A stretch of 64,000 bases of DNA, taken from the NCBI RefSeq assembly GCF_009914755.1, contig NC_060925.1; one strand, 5' to 3'. The number at the start of each line of letters is the position of its first letter. Positions within the stretch are counted from its first letter, which is position 1. Below are positions 56,601 to 64,000 of this stretch, in pieces. Below the pieces are notes generated by a model. That model searched no databases and was not told the DNA's origin. It worked only from the letters and a program-made list of their open reading frames with translations. Both the position numbers and the translations under genes were made by a program. This DNA is from the human T2T-CHM13v2.0 reference genome, Homo sapiens.

Positions 56601-59600
56601 ATCGAATGGAATCGAATAGAATTATGGAATGAAATCCAGTGTGATCATCATCGAATGGACCCGAATGGAATCATCATCCAACGGAAGCTAATGGAATCAA
56701 CATCGAATGAATCGAATGGAAACACCATCGAATTGAAACGAATGGAATTATCATGAAATTGAAATGGATGGACTCATCATCGAATGGATTCGAATGGAAT
56801 CATCGAATAAAATTGATTGAAATCATCATCGAATGGAATCGAATGGTATCATTGAATGGAATCGAATGGAATCATCATCAGATGGAAATGAATGGAATCG
56901 TCATAGAATGGAATCGAATGGATTCATTGAATGGAATCAGATGGAATCATCGAATGGACTGGAATGGAATCATTGAATGGACTCGAAAGGGATCATGATT
57001 GAATGGAATTGAATGGAATCATCGAATGGTCTCGATTGGAATCATTATCAAATGGAATCGAATGGAATCACCGAATAGAATCGAATGGAACAATCATCGA
57101 ATGGACTCAAATGGAATTATCCTCAAATGGAATCGAATGGAATTATCGAATGCAATCGAATGGAATTATCGAATGCAATCGAATAGAATCATCGAATGGA
57201 CTCGAATGGAATCATCGAATGGAATGGAATGGAACAGTCAATGAACTCGAATGGAATCATCATTGAATGGAATCGAATGGAATCATCGAGTGGAATCGAA
57301 TGGAATTATGATCAAATGGAATCGAATGTAATCCTCATCAAATGGAATCAAAAATAACCATCATCAATTGGTATTGAATGGAATTGTCATCAAATGGAAT
57401 TCAAAGGAATCATCATCAAATGGAACCGAATGGAATCCTCATTGAATGGAAATGAAAGGGGTCATCCTCTAATGGAATCGCATGGAATCATCATCAAATG
57501 GAATCGAATGGAATCATTGAACAGAATTGAATGGAATCGTCATCGAATGAATTGAATGCAATCATCGAATGGTCTCGAATGGAATCATCTTCTAATGGAA
57601 AGGAATGGAATCATCGCATACAATCGAATGGAATTATCATCGAATGGAATCGAATGGTATCAACACCAAACGGAAAAAAACGGAATTATCGAATGGAATC
57701 AAAGAGAATCTTCTAACGGACCCGAATGGAATCATCTAATGGAATGGAATGGAATAATCCATGGACTCGAATGCAATCATCATCGAATGGAATCGAATGG
57801 AATCATCGAATGGACTCGAATGGAATAATCATTGAACGGAATCGAATGGAATCATTATCAGATGGAAACGAATGGAATCATCTTCGAATGGAAATGAAAG
57901 GAGTCATCATCTAATGGAATTGCATGGAATCATCATAAAATGGAATCGAATGAAATCAACATCAAATGGAATCAAATGGAATCATTGAACGGAATTGAAT
58001 GGAATCGTCATCGAATGAATTGACTGCAATCATCGAATGGTCTCGAATGGAATCATCTTCAAATGGAATGGAATGGAATCATCGCATAGAATCGAATGGA
58101 ATTATCATCGAATGGAATCGAATGGTATCAACACCAAACGGAAAAAAACGGAATTATCGAAAGGAATCGAAGAGAATCTTCGAACGGACCCGAATGGAAT
58201 CATCTAATGGAATGGAATGGAATAATCCATGGACTCGAATGCAACCATCATCGAATGGAATCGAATGGAATCATCGAATGGACTCGAATGGAATAATCAT
58301 TGAACGGAATCGAATGGAATCATCATCGGATGGAAATGAATGGAATCATCATCGAATGGAATCGAATAGAATTATGGAATGAAATCCACTGTGATCATCA
58401 TCGAATGGACCCGAATGGAATCATCATCCAACAGAAGCTAATGGAATCAACATCGAATGAATCGAATGGAAACACCATCGAATTGAAACGAATGGAATTA
58501 CCATGAAATTAAAATGGATGGACTCATCATCGAATGGATTCGGATGGAATCATCGAATAAAATTGATTGAAATCATCATCGAATGAAATCGAATGGTATC
58601 ATTGAATGGAATCGAATGGAATCATCATCAGATGGAAATGAATGGAATCGTCATAGAATGGAATCGAATGGATTCATTGAATGGAATCAGATGGAATCAT
58701 CGAATGGACTGGAATGGAATCATTGAATGGACTCGAAAGGGATCATGATTGAATGGAATTGAATGGAATCATCGAATGGTCTCGATTGGAATCATTATCA
58801 AATGGAATCGAATGGAATCACCGAATAGAATCGAATGGAAGAATCATCGAATGGACTCAAATGGAATTATCCTTAAATGGAATCGAATGGAATTATCGAA
58901 TGCAATCGAATAGAATCATCAAATGGACTCGAATGGAATCATCGAATGGAATGGAATGGAACAGTCAATGAACTCGAATGGAATCATCATTGAATGGAAT
59001 CGAATGGAATCATCGAGTGGAATCGAATGGAATTATGATCAAATGGAATCGAATGTAATCATCATCAAATGGAATCAAAAATAACCATCATCAATTGGTA
59101 TTGAATGGAATTGTCATCAAATGGAATTCAAAGGAATCATCATCAAATGGAACCGAATGGAATCCTCATTGAATGGAAATGAAAGGGGTCATCATCTAAT
59201 GGAATCGCATGGAATCATCATCAAATGGAATCGAATGGAATCATCATCAAATGGAATCTAATGGAATCATTGAACAGAATTGAATGGAATCGTCATCGAA
59301 TGAATTGAATGCAATCATCGAATGGTCTCGAATGGAATCATCTTCTAATGGAAAGGAATGGAATCATCGCATAGAATCGAATGGAATTATCATCGAATGG
59401 AATCGAATGGTATCAACACCAAACGGAAAAATACGGAATTATCGAATGGAATCGAAGAGAATCTTCGAACGGACCCGAATGGAATCATCTAATGGAATGG
59501 AATGGAATAATCCATGGACTCGAATGCAATCATCATCGAATGGAATCGAATGGAATCATCGAATGGACTCGAATGGAATAATCATTGAACGGAATCGAAT

Positions 59601-62030
59601 GGAATCATCATCGGATGGAAACGAATGGAATCATCATCGAATGGAAATGAAAGGAGTCATCATCTAATGGAATTGCATGGAATCATCATAAAATGGAATC
59701 GAATGGAATCAACATCAAATGGAATCAAATGGAATCATTGAACAGAATTGAATGGAATCGTCATCGAATGAATTGACTGCAATCATCGAATGTTCTCGAA
59801 TGGAATCATCTTCAAATGAAATGGAATGGAATCATCGCATAGAATCGAATGGAATTATCATCGAATGGAATCGAAAGGAATCAACATCAAACGGAAAAAA
59901 ACGGAATTATCGTATGGAATCGAAGAGAATCATCGAATAGACCCGAATGGAATCATCTAATAGAATGGAATGGAATAATCCATGGACTCGAATGCAATCA
60001 TCATCGAATGGAATCGAATGGAATCATCGAATGGACTCGAATGGAATAATCATTGAACGGAATCGAATGGAATCATCATCGGATGGAAATGAATGGAATC
60101 ATCATCGAATGGAATCTAATAGAATTATGGAATGAAATCCAGTGTGATCATCATTGAATGGACCCGAATGGAATCATCATCCAACGGAAGCTAATGGAAT
60201 CAACATCGAATGAATCAAATGGAAACACCATCGAATTGAAACGAATGGAATTATCATGAAATTGAAATGGATGGACTCATCATCGAATGGATTCGAATGG
60301 AATCATCGAATAAAATTGATTGAAATCATCATCGAATGGAATCGAATGGTATCATTGAATGGAATCGAATGGAATCATCATCAGATGGAAATGAATGGAA
60401 TCGTCATAGAATGGAATCGAATGGATTCATTGAATGGAATCAGATGGAATCATCGAATGGACTGGAATGGAATCATTGAATGGACTCGAAAGGGATCATG
60501 ATTGAATGGAATTGAATGGAATCATCGAATGGTCTCGATTGGAATCATTATCAAATGGAATCGAATGGAATCACCGAATAGAATCGAATGGAACAATCAT
60601 CGAATGGACTCAAATGGAATTATCCTCAAATGGAATCGAATGGAATTATCGAATGCAATCGAATGGAATTATCGAATGCAATCGAATAGAATCATCGAAA
60701 GGACTCGAATGGAATCATCGAATGGAATGGAATGGAACAGTCAATGAACTCGAATGGAATCATCATTGAATGGAATCGAATGGAATCATCGAGTGGAATC
60801 GAATGGAATTATGATCAAATGGAATCGAATGTAATCATCATCAAATGGAATCAAAAATAACCATCATCAATTGGTATTGAATGGAATTGTCATCAAATGG
60901 AATTCAAAGGAATCATCATCAAATGGAACCGAATGGAATCCTCATTGAATGGAAATGAAAGGGGTCATCATCTAATGGAATCCCATGGAATCATCATCAA
61001 ATGGAATCGAATGGAATCATCATCAAATGGAATCTAATGGAATCATTGAACTGAATTGAATGGAATCGTCATCGAATGAATTGAATACAATCATCGAATG
61101 GTCTCGAATGCAATCATCTTCTAATGGAATGGAATGGAATCATCGCATAGAATCGAATGGAATTATCATCGAATGGAATCGAATGGTATCAACACCAAAC
61201 GGAAAAAAACGGAATTATCGAATGGAATCGAAGAGAATCTTCGAACGGACCCGAATGGAATCATCTAATGGAATGGAATGGAATAATCCATGGACTCGAA
61301 TGCAATCATCATCGAATGGAATCGAATGGAATCATCGAATGGACTCGAATGGAATAATCATTGAACGGAATCGATTGGAATCATCATCGGATGGAAACGA
61401 ATGGAATCATCATCGAATGGAAATGAAAGGAGTCATCATCTAATGGAATTGCATGGAATCATCATAAAATGGAATCGAATGGAATCAACATCAAATGGAA
61501 TCAAATGGAATCATTGAACGGAATTGAATGGCATCGTCATCGAATGAATTGACTGCAATCATCCAATGGTCTCGAATGGAATCATGTTCAAATGGAATGG
61601 AATGGAATCATCGCATAGAATCGAATGGAATTATCATCGAATGGAATCGAATGGAATCAACATCCAACGGAAAAAACGGAATTATCGAATGGAATCGAAG
61701 AGAATCATCGAATGGACCCGAATGGAATCATCTAATGGAATGGAATGGAATAATCCATGGACTCGAATGCAATCATCATCGAATGGAATCGAATGGAATC
61801 ATCGAATGGACTCGAATGGAATAATCATTGAACGGAATCGAATGGAATCATCATCGGATGGAAATGAATGGAATCATCATCGAATGGAATCGAATAGAAT
61901 TATGGAATGAAATCCAGTGTGATCATCATCGAATGGACCCGAATGGAATCATCATCCAACGGAAGCTAATGGAATCAACATCGAATGAATCGAATGGAAA
62001 CACAATCGAATTGAAACGAATGGAATTATC

Positions 62031-63338
62031 ATGAAATTGAAACGGATGGACACATCATCGAATGGATTCGAATGGAATCATCGAATAAAATTGATTGAAA
62101 TCATCATCAAATGGAATCGAATGGTATCATTGAATGGAATCGAATGGAATCATCATCAGATGGAAATGAATGGAATCGTCATAGAATGGAATCGAATGGA
62201 TTCATTGAATGGAATCAGATGGAATCATCGAATGGACTGGAATGGAATCATTGAATGGACTCGAAAGGGATCATGATTGAATGGAATTGAATGGAATCAT
62301 CGAATGGTCTCGATTGGAATCATTATCAAATGGAATCGAATGGAATCACCGAATAGAATCGAATGGAACAATCATCGAATGGACTCAAATGGAATTATCC
62401 TCAAATGGAATCGAATGGAATTATCGAATGCAATCGAATGGAATTATCGAATGCAATCGAATAGAATCATCGAATGGACTCGAATGGAATCATCGAATGG
62501 AATGGAATGGAACAGTCAATGAACTCGAATGGAATCATCATTGAATGGAATCGAATGGAATCATCGAGTGGAATCGAATGGAATTATGATCAAATGGAAT
62601 CGAATGTAATCATCATCAAATGGTATCAAAAATAACCATCATCAATTGATATTGAATGGAATTGTCATCAAATGGAATTCAAAGGAATCATCATCAAATG
62701 GAACCGAATGGAATCCTCATTGAATGGAAATGAAAGGGGTCATCATCTAATGGAATCGCATGGCATCATCATCAAATGGAATCGAATGGAATCAACATCA
62801 AATGGAATCAAATGGAATCATTGAACGGAATTGAATGGAATCGTCATCGAATGAATTGACTGCAATCATCGAATGGTCTCGAATGGAATCATCTTCAAAT
62901 GGAATGGAATGGAATCATCCCATAGAATCGAATGGAATTATCATCGAATGGAATCGAATGGAATCAACATCAAACGGAAAAAAACGGAATTATCGAATGG
63001 AATCGAAGAGAATCATCGAATGGACCCGAATGGAATCATCTAATGGAATGGAATGGAATAATCCATGGACTCGAATGCAATCATCATCGAATGGAATCGA
63101 ATGGAATCATCGAATGGACTCGAATGGAATAATCATTGAACGGAATCGAATGGAATCATCATCGGATGGAAATGAATGGAATCATCATCGAATGGAATCG
63201 AATAGAATTATGGAATGAAATCCAGTGTGATCATCATCAAATGGACCCGAATGGAATCATCATCCAACGGAAGCTAATGGAATCAACATCGAATGAATCG
63301 AATGGAAACACCATCGAATTGAAACGAATGGAATTATC
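62031..63338 (+). repeat. 1308-bp deletion unit with a different A-to-B switch point
   Basis: Landmark spacing 1308. A-type to 62773, B-type from 62795. Confidence 0.9.
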
Positions 63339-64000
63339 ATGAAATTGAAATGGATGGACTCATCATCGAATGGATTCGAATGGAATCATCGAATAAAATT
63401 GATTGAAATCATCATCCAATGGAATCGAATGGTATCATTGAATGGAATCGAATGGAATCATCATCAGATGGAAATGAATGGAATCGTCATAGAATGGAAT
63501 CGAATGGATTCATTGAATGGAATCAGATGGAATCATCGAATGGACTGGAATGGAATCATTGAATGGACTCGAAAGGGATCATTATTGAATGGAATTGAAT
63601 GGAATCATCGAATGGTCTCGATTGGAATCATTATCAAATGGAATCGAATGGAATCACCGAATAGAATCGAATGGAACAATCATCGAATGGACTCAAATGG
63701 AATTATCCTCCAATGGAATCGAATGGAATTATCGAATGCAATCGAATGGAATTATCGAATGCAATCGAATAAAATCATCGAATGGACTCGAATGGAATCA
63801 TCGAATGGAATGGAATGGAACAGTCAATGAACTCGAATGGAATCATCATTGAATGGAATCGAATGGAATCATCGAGTGGAATCGAATGGAATTATGATCA
63901 AATGGAATCGAATGTAATCATCATCAAATGGAATCAAAAATAACCATCATCAATTGGTATTGAATGGAATTGTCATCAAATGGAATTCAAAGGAATCATC

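Larger units (their letters stand above)
1..64000 (+). repeat. Human Satellite 2 (HSat2/HSATII) tandem array, 1776-bp unit (chr1q12 1.77-kb type), GGAAT strand on + throughout
   Basis: Continuous degenerate GGAAT/ATCGAATGGAATC sequence with dense TCGA sites. The landmark ATGAAATTGAAATGGATGG recurs at 1721, 3497, 5416, 7192, 8500, 10744, 12052, 13828, 15604, 18443 ... 62031, 63339 with modal spacing 1776. One GAATTC per unit (589, 2365, 4141, 6060, 7836 ...). Chromosome assignment is inferred from the known 1.77-kb EcoRI unit. Confidence 0.97.

Noticed and set aside
61671-61676. A7 to A6 contraction
   Set aside because: A single homopolymer indel; ordinary slippage or sequencing error.
5-63852. 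About 250 plus-strand ORFs of 60-200 aa (MESSSNG/IEWNHR-rich)
   Set aside because: They are low-complexity translations of GGAAT/ATC repeats, overlap in all three frames, and are freely broken by stops and frameshifts between copies. The absence of minus-strand ORFs follows from abundant TCA (TGA on the reverse strand). Used only as positional landmarks.
1-64000. CRISPR-like repeat/spacer array
   Set aside because: No unique spacers; the intervening sequence is itself repeated, and there are no cas genes.
1-64000. HSat3 or alpha satellite assignment
   Set aside because: Pure GGAAT runs are only about three copies long, CpG-rich ATCGAATGG 23/26-bp monomers dominate, and there is no 171-bp periodicity.
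1-64000. Inversion or transposon insertion within the array
   Set aside because: No switch to CATTC-strand sequence and no Alu/L1-like, poly(A)-tailed or otherwise non-satellite segment seen.

Overview
The whole 64 kb is one uninterrupted, single-orientation array of human Satellite 2 (HSat2/HSATII; GGAAT/CATTC-derived, rich in ATCGAATGG, built from 23/26-bp sub-repeats). Its basic unit is 1776 bp with one EcoRI site, matching the classical 1.77-kb chr1q12 type (D1Z1/pUC1.77, HSat2A-like). I see no genes, RNA genes, transposons or CRISPR arrays; every ORF in the track is a by-product of the repeat. I found no evidence of a new protein- or RNA-coding system. What is informative is the array's architecture. 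Each unit contains an internal 468-bp A/B duplication. Structural variant units of 1308, 2244, 1063, 691 and 1919 bp occur. Recent higher-order tandem duplications have periods of 3552, 6391, about 4615 and 3526 bp and are traceable by private SNPs. Breakpoints recur at the same sites, there are apparent gene-conversion patches, and one roughly 450-bp tract at about 4.3-4.75 kb looks imported from a different HSat2 variant. All comparisons were made by eye using the ORF track as landmarks, so mismatch counts are minima.
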